From a virus (Duplodnaviria > Caudoviricetes), in the IMG/VR virus record IMGVR_UViG_3300029448_000035, positions 1 to 59,204 of that record: 59,204 nt of DNA; one strand, 5' to 3'. The position numbers and the translations under genes are program-made. The stretch's first letter is position 1. Each line of letters starts with the position of its first letter. The notes under the pieces were generated by a model. It searched no databases. It saw only the letters and a list, made by a program, of their open reading frames with translations, and was not told where the DNA came from. This document shows, one piece after another, positions 8,042-24,231 of the stretch.

Positions 8042-8719
8042 ATGAATGTTTATGCCACTATGTGTATGGTGCCTGACAGGTATCCTTCATCTCTGGATTG
8101 CGTCATGTCTTTAAAAGAGCAGGTTTCAAAAATATACTTGTGTCTGAACGGGTTTGATGAAGTACCAGAAGATCTAAAAGAGGACTGGATAGAGGTAATT
8201 CATATAGGAGAAAATCTTGGTGATGCGGCTCGATTTTTTAAGCTGCCTAGTATAGACGGCCATCTTATTTCGTGTGACGACGATCTTATATACCCTCATG
8301 GATATGTAGAGCAATTTTTGAAGTACAATTCTGTTTTTCCTGGATGTGTACTAACTCATCACGGAAAGCTGATGAGACCTGGAGGCTATGACATGAAGGT
8401 CATTGCTCACGCAATGGGAAACTCTCCAGACTCTGAAATGATAGACGTTCCAGGATCTGGGTGTTCGTTTCTCCCTTACAGGGTTATATCTGACAAGGAC
8501 TTTAAGTTCGGTGACCACACTGAGTTAAACATGTGTGACATACACCTGTTTGGTTTACTTAAATCTATGAGAGTCAACATAATTACGGTTCCTCATTTAA
8601 GAGGTTACTTTAAGTATGTCTCACCGCCTAAAGGCACTACTATATGGGAGACCGTTACTTCAAAAGAAGACTATAAGGAAAAGGTTAAATTGATATCTAA
8701 GTATTATTTAAATGTCTAA
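8042..8719 (+). CDS. glycosyltransferase (GT2-like, GT-A fold)
   Basis: ISCDDDLIYP DxD motif; DVPGSG and NMCD downstream. Confidence 0.8.
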   Translation: MNVYATMCMVPDRYPSSLDCVMSLKEQVSKIYLCLNGFDEVPEDLKEDWIEVIHIGENLGDAARFFKLPSIDGHLISCDDDLIYPHGYVEQFLKYNSVFPGCVLTHHGKLMRPGGYDMKVIAHAMGNSPDSEMIDVPGSGCSFLPYRVISDKDFKFGDHTELNMCDIHLFGLLKSMRVNIITVPHLRGYFKYVSPPKGTTIWETVTSKEDYKEKVKLISKYYLNV

Positions 8720-8894
8720 GTATAAGTGTGAATGCGGAAAAACCGCAGATATAACAGGTAGTGTAACGATCAAAGCGATTGACGGAGAGGTACGCCATGA
8801 CGTAAAGTGTGATTGCGGAAAGTACATGACTCTTGTCGAAAAGCGTAAAGGCATGCCGTCTTTTAAAAGCAACCGTTATGGACAAGTCCGATGA
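8712..8894 (+). CDS. small zinc-ribbon protein
   Basis: CECG...CDCG. Confidence 0.7.
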   Translation: MSKYKCECGKTADITGSVTIKAIDGEVRHDVKCDCGKYMTLVEKRKGMPSFKSNRYGQVR

Positions 8895-10989
8895 GGTTAT
8901 TCGGCTGGACAGCGGAAGCGACATGGGCGAGGTTATTTCGCTCCACGGTCTTGACATTGCTCTTCCGAAAATTCCAAAGAAATCAGACATTCTATTCCAC
9001 GACCTACCTAAAAGAATGCAGATGTGGCGCCGCACCGATGTGCCACAGGAATTGTCGAGGATTAGAAGTATGGATGAGTGGTTCGAGAAGCCAGCCGAGT
9101 TTCGACGCGCCTTTTCTCCTTTCGTCGAGCAAGAGTTTGAGCGCAGGCGTAACGGTGTTTGGTTTTACAATAATGGTGTGCCTACGTACATTACGGGAAG
9201 ACACTATATGTTCCTCCAGTGGTCGAAGATCGATATTGGCTATCCTTCGTACCTTGCGTTCCAGCGTGAGATCTTTATCCACATGGCTGCGTGCGAGGCT
9301 GATAGCCGTTGTATCGGTCAGCTATATACTAAGTGTCGCCGTTCTGGCTACACTAATATCTGTGCCTCTGTACTTGTTGACGAGGCTACGCAGGTAAAAG
9401 ACAAGCTCCTGGGAATACAGTCTAAGACTGGTAAAGACTCTCAGGAGAACATATTCATGAAGAAGGTAATCCCGATGTTTCGGAGCTACCCGTTCTTCTT
9501 TAAACCTATTCAGGATGGAACGACGAACCCACGTATGGAACTCGCTTTTCGGGAACCATCGAAACGAATCACCAAGAAGAATAAGACGTCACAGAAGGGG
9601 GATGCACTCAACACCATCATCAACTGGAAAAACACCACCAACAACGCTTACGACGGAGAAAAGCTACATATGCTCTACCTCGACGAGGCTGGAAAGTGGG
9701 AAAAGCCCGTCGACATCAAGGAAGCATGGCGGATTGAGCGAACTTGTCTCATCGTTGGTAAGAAAGTCGTAGGCAAAGCCCTCGTCGGTTCTACAGTGAA
9801 CCCGATGGACAAGGGTGGAGAGGAATACAAGAATTTGTGGGAGGACTCTGATCCCACGGAGAGAAACGCCAATGGTAGGACCCGAAGCGGGCTCTATAGG
9901 ATCTTTATCCCAGCGGACCAGGCATTGGAAGGATTCTTCGATAAATACGGGAACGCGGTTACTGAAACTCCGACTAAACCCATAGAAGGAATAGATGAAG
10001 AGATTATAGATCAGGGAAGTAGAGAATATCTAAAAAACGAGCGGGATTCCTTGAAACACGACCCTTCTGAACTCAACGAGATTATACGACAGTTTCCTTT
10101 AACTGAAGACGAAGCTTTTCGTGACAGCATTGAAGGAAGCGTATTTAACATCGGAAAGATTTATCAGCAAATAGACTGGAACAGCAACATGTACCCCAAC
10201 CCAGTCGTTACAGGCAACTTCATCTGGAAGGTGAAGGATAAGGAGGTGATGTTCTCTCCAGATCCTAAGGGGAGGTTCCATGTTAGCTGGATGCCACCTA
10301 AGGATAGGAGAAACGTAATACACGAAGAAAGAGGCAAGAGGGTGGCTCCGTTTTATCAGTATGGGTGCGGTGGAGTTGACTCGTATGACCTAGACGAAAC
10401 TGTTGACGGAAGGGGCTCTAAGGGGGCTCTTCACCTGTACAATAAGTTCAATATGGATGACAAAACCCCAAGCAACATGTTTGTGCTTGAGTATGCGTCC
10501 AGGCCAGATCTAGCCAGTATATTTTACGAAGATGTTCTTATGGCTTCTGTCTTCTATGGGTACCCACTACTCATTGAGAACAACAAGTATGGTATTGTAA
10601 GATACTTTGAAAAAAGAGGTTGGGACGGATATGTATTGGATCGACCCAAGCACCTAACCCCCCCAGGATCTACGGTGAAGGTCAAGACAAAGGGGATACC
10701 GTCTAACTCCGTTGATGTAATCCAGGCTCACGCGCACGCTATCGAAGCGTACATTCACAGTCACGTAGGGGTAAAGCCAGAGACCGCAGACTTTGGAAAC
10801 ATGTATTTTAACAGAACCCTTGAGGACTGGATAGGCTATAAAATAAGCAACAGAACAAAATACGACCTTACTATTAGTTCGGGTCTTGCGCTTCTTGCGG
10901 CTCAAAAAGTTAAGCAAGAAAGAAAAACCTCAAACTTCGAGGGGAAGAGGTTTGTCAGAAAGGTAAAGCCAAAAGAATGGCACCGCTAA
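8878..10989 (+). CDS. terL: terminase large subunit
   Basis: Walker A-like KCRRSGYT, Walker B LYLDEAGKW, VGST, nuclease GGVDSYD and YDLTIS; likely ATG 8878. Confidence 0.92.
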   Translation: MDKSDEVIRLDSGSDMGEVISLHGLDIALPKIPKKSDILFHDLPKRMQMWRRTDVPQELSRIRSMDEWFEKPAEFRRAFSPFVEQEFERRRNGVWFYNNGVPTYITGRHYMFLQWSKIDIGYPSYLAFQREIFIHMAACEADSRCIGQLYTKCRRSGYTNICASVLVDEATQVKDKLLGIQSKTGKDSQENIFMKKVIPMFRSYPFFFKPIQDGTTNPRMELAFREPSKRITKKNKTSQKGDALNTIINWKNTTNNAYDGEKLHMLYLDEAGKWEKPVDIKEAWRIERTCLIVGKKVVGKALVGSTVNPMDKGGEEYKNLWEDSDPTERNANGRTRSGLYRIFIPADQALEGFFDKYGNAVTETPTKPIEGIDEEIIDQGSREYLKNERDSLKHDPSELNEIIRQFPLTEDEAFRDSIEGSVFNIGKIYQQIDWNSNMYPNPVVTGNFIWKVKDKEVMFSPDPKGRFHVSWMPPKDRRNVIHEERGKRVAPFYQYGCGGVDSYDLDETVDGRGSKGALHLYNKFNMDDKTPSNMFVLEYASRPDLASIFYEDVLMASVFYGYPLLIENNKYGIVRYFEKRGWDGYVLDRPKHLTPPGSTVKVKTKGIPSNSVDVIQAHAHAIEAYIHSHVGVKPETADFGNMYFNRTLEDWIGYKISNRTKYDLTISSGLALLAAQKVKQERKTSNFEGKRFVRKVKPKEWHR

Positions 10990-10995
10990 GTTTGT

Positions 10996-11003
10996 TATAT
11001 TTG
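10996..11003 (+). promoter_or_regulatory. late -7 box TATATTTG, 7 nt before portal ATG
   Basis: TTGT-TATATTTG-CCGTTAG-ATG. Confidence 0.65.
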
Positions 11004-13465
11004 CCGTTAGATGTACGGTAAGCAAGGAAAGAATACTGTAGGCTTTCCGAATCCGCTGGCAAACAAGGCGGAGAAGGAGGGCAAGGAGTACGGTCTGTCA
11101 TACGCGAAGGCCATTTCCTCGCAGTGGGGCGCCGTGGAGCGCGACAACTCTCTGTATAAAAAGAGGTCCAGGACCTTTGAAAGAAACAGAGCTTACGCTA
11201 ACGGAACGCAAGACACGAGCATCTATAGGCAGTTGTTGAACAGCCTCGACCCGTCGAACAATGACGGAAGCTTCTTGAACCTTGACTTTACCCCTGTGCC
11301 GATCCTCCCCAAGTTTGTCAGGATCGTGGTAAACAAGATACTATCAAGTGATCCGTATCCGAACTTAGAAGCCGTCGACCCCCTCTCAGCCTCTGAAAAA
11401 GACGCAGAAAGGAGAAAGGTAAAGATGCTAGTCCAGAACAAGGACAAGATCTCCCAGATTAAAGATAAGATTGGGGTTGACTTAGCTCAGGGTCAGGATA
11501 TACCTGAAACCCTTGAGGAGGCTGAGATCTTCCTGGAGACCAATATAAAGTCTGCATCAGAGGTTGCGGCTCAGGTAGCTACCAACATGACCTTGAAGTG
11601 GAATGACTTCAACGACTCTACTTACAGGAGGTGTGTCAACGATATCGCCACCCTGGGTATGGCGGTCACTAAGAGAAGCAATGACCCGAACTACGGTATT
11701 AAGGTTGACTACGTAGACCCCAAAAATTTTGTTCACAGCTATACTGAGGACCCTAATTTCGGCGATATCGTCTATGCTGGTCATGTCAAGAGAATCTCTT
11801 TGCAAGAACTTCGTAGGGTTGCTGGTGATCAGTTTACTGACGAAGAGTATGAGAAGATTGCCAAGACCGTAGCTAAGAGGTATCAGTACGATACCACATC
11901 GATGCGGGCCTACTTGAACGATAGTAAAGGAAGAAATGAGTACGATCAGTATATGGTCGACGTTTTGGACTTTGAGTTTCTCTCTGTGGACACGATGGTC
12001 TTCGAAGAGAAGCAGAGCAAGTACGGAAACGTTGGCTTCTATCAGAAAGGAGAAAACTACAAGGCGCCAACCAATTCTGTATACAAGAGGTCTGTAACTA
12101 AAATGCCGAACGTAGCTGTCTACGGAGGCTCATACATAATGGGCTGTGACAAGCTCTTCAGCTACGGTGTAAAAAAGAACGTACCTAAGAACGTTCATGA
12201 CCTTAGTCGCACTAACCTATCTTATTCTGTCGTTGCTACTAATCTTGACGGAAACATTCCGAAATCCATGGTAGACAGCTGCATTGGTTTTGCAGACCAG
12301 TTGCAGCTTACACACCTGAAGATTCAGCAGGCAATAGCAAAAGCAAAGCCCGATGGCATCATCATTGATATCGAGGGTTTGGAGAACGTTCAGCTCGGAA
12401 AAGGGGGTGAGCTCCAACCTCTCGAACTGCACGACATCTACGAACAAACGGGTGTCTTCTACTACCGCAGCAAAAATCCCGAAGGCGGTTTCCAGAACCC
12501 TCCCATCAGGGAAATCGGTAACAACATACGGAACATCAACGAGTTCATCAACCTCTACAATCACTACCTGAGGCTGATTAGGGATGCCACGGGAATCAAC
12601 GAGGCTATGGATGCCTCTACCCCGAAGGGAGATCAACTTGTGGGTGTTAGGCAGCAGGCTATCGCGGCTGGAAACAACGCCATCTACGACATCACGAACT
12701 CGTCTATGGTTCTCTTTAAGAAGGTTTGCTCTGACATTGTAAAGTGCCTTCAGGTTATACCCAGGGGAAGTATTCTGTACAGGGCGTATGAGAACGCCAT
12801 AGGCAAGGAGAACGTGTCTATGCTTAACACCTTCTCTGACCTCCCGATGTACAACTTCGGAGTTACGGTCGTTAAGGAGATGGAGGAGATTGAAAAGCAG
12901 TACCTCGAACAAAATATACAGGCGTCTCTGGCTCAGAAAGAATTAGACATCGAAGACGCCATAGCGATCAGGCAGCTCAAGGATGTAAATCAGGCCGAGC
13001 GCCTTTTGATCGTAAGAAGAAAAAAGCGGATTTCCAGGAATCAGCAGATGGCCCAGCAAAACGTTCAAGCTCAGTCACAGGCACAGATTCAGTCTGCTCA
13101 GGCGGCGTCACAGGCTAAGCAGCAAGAGATGCAGATGCAGGCTCAGATCGACGCTCAGGCTATGCAGTTGAAAGCTCAGCTTGAGTCCCAGCTTGAAGTC
13201 CTTCGTCATCAGCACAAAAAAGAGATTGAAACTATGAAGGCTCAGGCTACTCTTGGATTCAAGACCGACGACCAGGAGTTCAGAGAGAAGCTGGAGGTTT
13301 TCAAGGAAGACCGAAAGGATATGCGGGTTGGTAAGCAGACCGCAGATCAAAGTAAACTGATTTCACAGAGACAAGGAACAAGAGGAGAAGTAGGAGAGCC
13401 TCAGCCCATTCAGCAGCAAGAAGGGCCGATGACTCCCGACCAAATAATACAGCAAGCAATACAAA

Positions 13466-19158
<5,693 letters not shown>

Positions 19159-19162
<4 letters not shown>

Positions 19163-19326
19163 GCAGCAAAACTTTAAAAAAAATACCTGAAGACCTCACC
19201 ATCGAGGGGTATGTGAAAACAGACCCATTGGCAAGTGATGCGAGTCTATCAGAAGTGATCTCTACCCTCAACGAAGTCATCCAGAAGACTGAAGAGTTGA
19301 TAGAAATACTTATTGGCGAAAGCTGA
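19159..19326 (+). CDS. 55-aa protein, possible fibre chaperone or decoration
   Basis: ATGA-coupled [16 protein letters not shown]...EILIGES fills the gap; not in ORF track. Confidence 0.6.
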
Positions 19327-19327
19327 T

Positions 19328-19335
19328 TATATTTG
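19328..19335 (+). promoter_or_regulatory. late -7 box TATATTTG, 5 nt before ATG
   Basis: TATATTTG-CATTT-ATG. Confidence 0.7.
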
Positions 19336-19340
19336 CATTT

Positions 19341-19634
19341 ATGAAAGCCCGCAAATCCTACAAAAAAGGAGGACGAGTCTCACTTAAAATGGGGAAGCAT
19401 AAGGACCGCAAAGGAGGTCTTACGCAGGCTGGAGTAGACAAGTACAACCGAGAGACGGGAAGTAACTTGAAGATGGCTGTTACGACCAAACCTTCTAAAC
19501 TAAAAAAAGGCAGCAAAGCCGCTAAAAGAAGAAAGAGTTTTTGTGCAAGGATGAGCGGCGTCAAAGGGCCCATGAAAAAGCCAAATGGAAAACCGACACG
19601 TAAAGCACTGGCTCTGAAAAAATGGAATTGTTAA
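19341..19634 (+). CDS. basic protein (DUF6321-like) with YKKGG leader
   Basis: KGGLTQAG...YNRETGSNLK...RRKSFCARM...ALKKWNC. Confidence 0.75.
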   Translation: MKARKSYKKGGRVSLKMGKHKDRKGGLTQAGVDKYNRETGSNLKMAVTTKPSKLKKGSKAAKRRKSFCARMSGVKGPMKKPNGKPTRKALALKKWNC

Positions 19635-19846
19635 AAGACATGGACACGCTCACGCAATTCGAACTCCTAGCTATTGCTGGTTCACTCATTGGGATGTGGA
19701 TCAAGTTTCAGACAGATTATACGGCCCTGAAGGCCAGAGTTCACGCCCTAGAAAGTGACAACGGAGAGCTGAAGCAAAACATAAAACAGCTTCTCCAAGA
19801 TATACAGGAGGTCAAACTTCTCTTAGCTAAAAACAAAGTAGTATGA
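19622..19846 (+). CDS. single-TM coiled-coil protein (holin or spanin-like)
   Basis: LLAIAGSLIGMWI followed by heptads. Confidence 0.6.
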   Translation: MELLKDMDTLTQFELLAIAGSLIGMWIKFQTDYTALKARVHALESDNGELKQNIKQLLQDIQEVKLLLAKNKVV

Positions 19847-20103
19847 AAAACACAGCCCTTACATCTTTTGGTCAGCACGGATACAAGTTGATCACTGACA
19901 CCACCGCAACAACTCCAGACACGGACACGAACTTCGTTGCCATAACTGTGCTCTCAGCGAGTACTACCGTCACGACCGAATCCTCCGACACGGACAGGTT
20001 CCCTAACATGTCTACTCAAGCCATCCCAAGCGGAGTCACTGTGTACGGAAGCTGGAGCAAAATTACCCTTGGCGCAGGTGCCGTCATAGCATACATGGCA
20101 TGA
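19843..20103 (+). CDS. small beta-rich virion protein
   Basis: IPSGVTVYGSWSKITL...VIAY. Confidence 0.65.
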   Translation: MKNTALTSFGQHGYKLITDTTATTPDTDTNFVAITVLSASTTVTTESSDTDRFPNMSTQAIPSGVTVYGSWSKITLGAGAVIAYMA

Positions 20104-20291
20104 AGGCAGTCAAGTATCAGAAGGGTGGAAAGCTGAAAGTGCTCAATAAGAAAGTGAGCATCGATCCTCCGAAGGGTTATCACTGGATGGAGGAGTCTGG
20201 ACGGTACTACCTCATGGAAGGGGATTACAAGCCTCACCCTGGAGCCGTTGCTAAAGCGTCATTTAAAACCGTGACCCATGGCAAAGGCTAA
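20100..20291 (+). CDS. small protein with YQKGG leader
   Basis: MKAVKYQKGG...PPKGYHWM. Confidence 0.75.
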   Translation: MKAVKYQKGGKLKVLNKKVSIDPPKGYHWMEESGRYYLMEGDYKPHPGAVAKASFKTVTHGKG

Positions 20292-20475
20292 AAAGTTTAA
20301 CCCAAAGTACACCACTGGCAGTGCTAACGTAGATGAAAGAAAAAAGCTGATGACTGAAATCAGCAACATTTATAAAAAGCACAGGGGAACGGCAGCGAAA
20401 AGAAAAAAGAAGGGGTTTCCTCCATCGGTGGAGGCAAGGCTCAAGTCGTTAATGAAAAGAAGAGACAAGATATGA
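20278..20475 (+). CDS. small basic protein
   Basis: 65-aa ORF, overlapping neighbours. Confidence 0.7.
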   Translation: MAKAKKFNPKYTTGSANVDERKKLMTEISNIYKKHRGTAAKRKKKGFPPSVEARLKSLMKRRDKI

Positions 20476-20675
20476 AGCCAGTAAAAAAGTACAAAAAGGG
20501 AGGTATGGCGGGCCTTAGTGCGGCTCAGAAGGAGGTGTACAGAAGGGGGCTTGCAGCATACATGAGCTCTGGAAACAGGCCCAAAGTGTCTCAACACGCA
20601 TGGGCCATGGCCAGGGTAAAGAGCGATTTTGGTCGCAAAGAAGCGGCTAAAATAAGGGCTAAAAAAGGGAAGTAA
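20472..20675 (+). CDS. small basic protein (DUF5824-like) with YKKGG leader
   Basis: VYRRGLAAY..GNRP..SQHAWAMARV. Confidence 0.7.
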   Translation: MKPVKKYKKGGMAGLSAAQKEVYRRGLAAYMSSGNRPKVSQHAWAMARVKSDFGRKEAAKIRAKKGK

Positions 20676-20683
20676 TCCCTAAC

Positions 20684-20691
20684 TATATTTG
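20684..20691 (+). promoter_or_regulatory. late -7 box TATATTTG
   Basis: AAC-TATATTTG, 14 nt before ATG 20706. Confidence 0.65.
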
Positions 20692-20705
20692 ATAAAATTT
20701 AATTC

Positions 20706-21773
20706 ATGGAGGAAAATACAATTCCTAACGATCAGCCGCAAGGGGAAGACCTGAGCAACTGGTCGTTTGCAGACGAAAGTGAAGTGCTGGAAGCCCAAAA
20801 GCAAGAAGGCCTGATAGATGAAGAACAGATTCCAGAAACCGAAACGGTAGAGGAAGAAGTCTACAAAGAGACCTCAACGGAGGATTCTCAGAGTGAATAT
20901 ATCGAAGACTACGACCAAGATGAACTGGAGGGTGCAGTTCTCGAATACATAAGCGAAAGGCTGGGGTTCGAGGTAGGCTCCCTTGAGGAACTCACGGAAG
21001 TAGAGCAGCAGCAAGCAGAGCTTGACGAAAGGATTGAGGTCATCATGGACTTTGTCGAACAGACGGGTCGAGACCCTCAAGACTGGTTTATCTACCAGCA
21101 GCTTAACCCCTCCGAAATGGATGACGTCACTGCAATTCAGGTTCAGCTGTCTAGTGACTACCCCAACCTGTCTCAGGATGAGGTCGTCACGCTGATGAAC
21201 AACAAGTACAAGCTCGATCCTGATCAGCACACAGATGATGAGGTGAAAGTTTCGCAGCTGCAGCTCAAGATCGATGCCCAGAATGCACGTCAGTCTATTG
21301 ACGAACTCAGAGAGCAGTACGCCGCCCCTGAAGTGCAGGAAGAAGCTGAAAGTCTTGGGAACCTTTTCGACGAGGATTGGTACGATGCCATGGAGGCTGA
21401 AACTGCCGCTCTAGACGCAGTCGAGTTTGATCTCGGTAACGGAATGAGCTTTACGTTCGGACTCAATGATGAGTATCGTAACGAGCTTGTCGACAAGAAC
21501 TCTCGCCTTGACGAGTACTTTGATCCCTACGTCCAACGGGATGGTAACTGGGACTACGACAAGCTGAATGTTCATAGGGCTGTGATTGACAATATGGAAG
21601 AGATTGTCCAAGCTGTATATAAGCAGGGAATGTCTGACGGTCAACGCGGTCTAGTGAATCAAGCAGCAAACGTTGGAGTCCCATCTCCGAATCAAGGTGG
21701 GCAACAACAGGAAGACAATCTTTCCAAGCAGCTTAGAGAAGCTCTTGGTGGTGACTCGACCTGGTCTTTTTAA
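20706..21773 (+). CDS. capsid scaffolding-like protein
   Basis: Very acidic, helical, directly upstream of the capsid gene. Confidence 0.65.
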   Translation: MEENTIPNDQPQGEDLSNWSFADESEVLEAQKQEGLIDEEQIPETETVEEEVYKETSTEDSQSEYIEDYDQDELEGAVLEYISERLGFEVGSLEELTEVEQQQAELDERIEVIMDFVEQTGRDPQDWFIYQQLNPSEMDDVTAIQVQLSSDYPNLSQDEVVTLMNNKYKLDPDQHTDDEVKVSQLQLKIDAQNARQSIDELREQYAAPEVQEEAESLGNLFDEDWYDAMEAETAALDAVEFDLGNGMSFTFGLNDEYRNELVDKNSRLDEYFDPYVQRDGNWDYDKLNVHRAVIDNMEEIVQAVYKQGMSDGQRGLVNQAANVGVPSPNQGGQQQEDNLSKQLREALGGDSTWSF

Positions 21774-21803
21774 AACCAACAACAACAAAACATATAAGCT
21801 ATT

Positions 21804-23273
21804 ATGGCTACACAGAATCATACTGACGTCGGCAACTTGCTGAAGTCGTCGCCAGATAAATACATCTCCCTTGGGGAGTTGCTCAAGTACAACAAGCCTG
21901 ACAACAGGGACTTGTTGATCAAAACCTACGGTGACCAAGGTATCACTGGTTTCCTTCAACTGACGGGTGCTACCCGCTCTGCTGGTGTTCAGGACGAAGT
22001 CCAATACTGGGAGGAGGGTCGTCTCCACAGAAAGTTCGAGGGTTTCTTCGATGCTTCCGCTGGTAAGATCTATGTTAAAGAGAACTCTGCTACTGCTGGG
22101 GACTACTTTGACAACAAGGGTATTCCTTGCCGAGTGAACGACGTTCTCATGACCAGAGACGGCATCCGTCTCGTTGTTACGGGAACCTCTGCTGATGCCA
22201 ACCCTGCTACCGCTGGTACTCAGGATCAAGACGCTACGGTGACCGTTAAGCGCCTTGACGGAGCTAATATGTCTACTGACGCTGGTACTGGTCCTGCATC
22301 CACATCCGCTACTGGAAACCAGGCTGATGTTCCGTTCATAGTTATCGGTAACATCCACGCTCAGGGAACCAAGCAGCCGAACAAGTTCTACCAAACGGAC
22401 GTGACCAAGAGAACCAACCCCTTCCTCATCACGAAGGAGACGTACCACGTCAACGGTTCTCAGGCTACGAACATTGGCTGGATCAACATCGGCAACGGTG
22501 ACTACCGCTGGTATGTTAAGGGTGAGATGGACACGCGGAAGCGTTTCATGGATCAGAGGGAGATGATGATGCTGTTCTCCGAGAAGGTGTCCAGCGGAAA
22601 CATCTCCATCCCGAACAGCCCGACCGACACCTCTAACAGTGGTAAGATCACTGGTTCTGAGGGCTACTTCCAGGCTGTGGAGGATCGCGGTATCACCACT
22701 GATGGATTCGGTTCGACCACTACGTTCAGCGATATTGACAACATCATCTTCGAGCTCGACAAGCAGGGCGCTCCTAGCGAGTACGCCATGTACGTCGACA
22801 ACAAGACGAGCCTCAATATCGACGACATGTTGGCCGCTGGTATCAACGCAGGTTCAGGTGGCGACTCGATGACCGCTGGTCTGCCTGGTCAGTTCGGTGC
22901 GTTTAACAACGACCGCGACATGGCTGTTCAGCTCGGATTCAAGAGCTTCACCCGTGGTGGATACACCTTCCACAAGCACGACTGGAAGCTCCTGAACGAC
23001 CCGACCCTCTTGGGTGCATTCTCCACGAAGCCTTACAGAGGCGCCATGGTTCCGATGACTCAGGTCACGGACGCCAAGACTGGCACCAAGGCTCCTGCTC
23101 TGGAGATGAACTTCAAGGAGACCAACGGCTACAGCAGAGAGCTGGAGCACTGGGTTGAAGGCGGTGGTGTCCTCGGATTCAAGACGAATGACGAGGACGT
23201 GGCTAAGTTCCACTACCGTTCTGAGTGCAACCTGATCACCCGCGCTGCTAACCAGCACGTGGTGTTGAACTAA
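21804..23273 (+). CDS. major capsid protein
   Basis: 489 aa after scaffold; YWEEGRLH, LGFKSFTRGGYTFHK; biased codon usage; followed by a hairpin. Confidence 0.85.
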   Translation: MATQNHTDVGNLLKSSPDKYISLGELLKYNKPDNRDLLIKTYGDQGITGFLQLTGATRSAGVQDEVQYWEEGRLHRKFEGFFDASAGKIYVKENSATAGDYFDNKGIPCRVNDVLMTRDGIRLVVTGTSADANPATAGTQDQDATVTVKRLDGANMSTDAGTGPASTSATGNQADVPFIVIGNIHAQGTKQPNKFYQTDVTKRTNPFLITKETYHVNGSQATNIGWINIGNGDYRWYVKGEMDTRKRFMDQREMMMLFSEKVSSGNISIPNSPTDTSNSGKITGSEGYFQAVEDRGITTDGFGSTTTFSDIDNIIFELDKQGAPSEYAMYVDNKTSLNIDDMLAAGINAGSGGDSMTAGLPGQFGAFNNDRDMAVQLGFKSFTRGGYTFHKHDWKLLNDPTLLGAFSTKPYRGAMVPMTQVTDAKTGTKAPALEMNFKETNGYSRELEHWVEGGGVLGFKTNDEDVAKFHYRSECNLITRAANQHVVLN

Positions 23274-23282
23274 GACGTATAG

Positions 23283-23322
23283 GTAAGGAGGGGGGAGGAG
23301 AACAGCTTCCCCCCTCACTTAC
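23283..23322 (+). terminator. hairpin or terminator after capsid gene
   Basis: gaggggggagg/cttcccccctc stem extended by gtaag/cttac. Confidence 0.65.
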
Positions 23323-23346
23323 TCTCTTTAATTAAACTGAAATTCA

Positions 23347-24168
23347 ATGAGTACTACAACTAAGAGGGGTCCAGGTCGGCCCGCTAAAACCACGACCAAA
23401 CCCGCTGCAAAAGCAACCACATCCAAGCCTAAGACACAGTTCAAAAGGCAAGAGAAAACAAACTCAATTCTTGAATACACCACCCTTAAAAAGAGAGGGG
23501 CTGTGTTTCTCATGAAGCAAGTAGGAACCACCGTTCACGACAAGGAGACAGATACGGTTAGAGAAATCCGATACTGCCCCAACGAAGGTTCTGTTTTTGT
23601 AGATGAGCAGTCCCAGTTCGCTGTAAACGAAGCGATTGTGTTCAATGATGGCAGGCTGTTTGTCCGCCCTGACCAACCGAACCTCAGGGACTACATGAAT
23701 ATACACCCAGGAAACGTGGCTAACGGTGGCTCTATGTTTAAGCTTGAGAACAAAGAGAAGAAGGCAGAGATCAAGGTTGATCAAGAATTCTTGATGGCTG
23801 ACGCTGTTTCTTTGGTTAGGGACAAGGATCTCAACGACTTGCTCGGCGTTGCCATCTCGTTCGGAATGAACGTTGATCGCCCAGTAAACGAAATCAAGCA
23901 TGACCTCCTTATCATGGCTAAAAAGAGCCCTAGGAAGTTCATTGACTCGTTCGATAACCCCGTTGTGGAAATGAAGGCTAAGCTTCGTCAGGCTGCCAAG
24001 ATGCAGATCATAAAGATGAGCCGTGACGGAGTTCGTTGGTACGACTCTAATCAGCTTATCGTATCTGTCCCTGCAGGTAAAGACCCCCTAGACGTGTTTG
24101 TGAGGTACTGCCTTACTGAGGCTGCAGTTCCTGTTGTTGAAGAGATAGACAAGCAACTGAACCGCTAA
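23347..24168 (+). CDS. conserved post-capsid protein with AT-hook-like N-terminus
   Basis: KRGPGRP plus K/T/A-rich start; 273 aa. Confidence 0.75.
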   Translation: MSTTTKRGPGRPAKTTTKPAAKATTSKPKTQFKRQEKTNSILEYTTLKKRGAVFLMKQVGTTVHDKETDTVREIRYCPNEGSVFVDEQSQFAVNEAIVFNDGRLFVRPDQPNLRDYMNIHPGNVANGGSMFKLENKEKKAEIKVDQEFLMADAVSLVRDKDLNDLLGVAISFGMNVDRPVNEIKHDLLIMAKKSPRKFIDSFDNPVVEMKAKLRQAAKMQIIKMSRDGVRWYDSNQLIVSVPAGKDPLDVFVRYCLTEAAVPVVEEIDKQLNR

Positions 24169-24187
24169 CTCGCATCACAACCCACGG

Positions 24188-24218
24188 AAAGAGCCGCCTA
24201 GAGCGGCTTTTTCTTTTT
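24188..24218 (+). terminator. rho-independent terminator
   Basis: aaagagccgc-ctaga-gcggcttttt then T tract. Confidence 0.8.
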
Positions 24219-24219
24219 G

Positions 24220-24227
24220 TATATTTG
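24220..24227 (+). promoter_or_regulatory. late -7 box TATATTTG, 4 nt before ATG
   Basis: TATATTTG-CTGT-ATG, immediately after a terminator. Confidence 0.75.
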
Positions 24228-24231
24228 CTGT

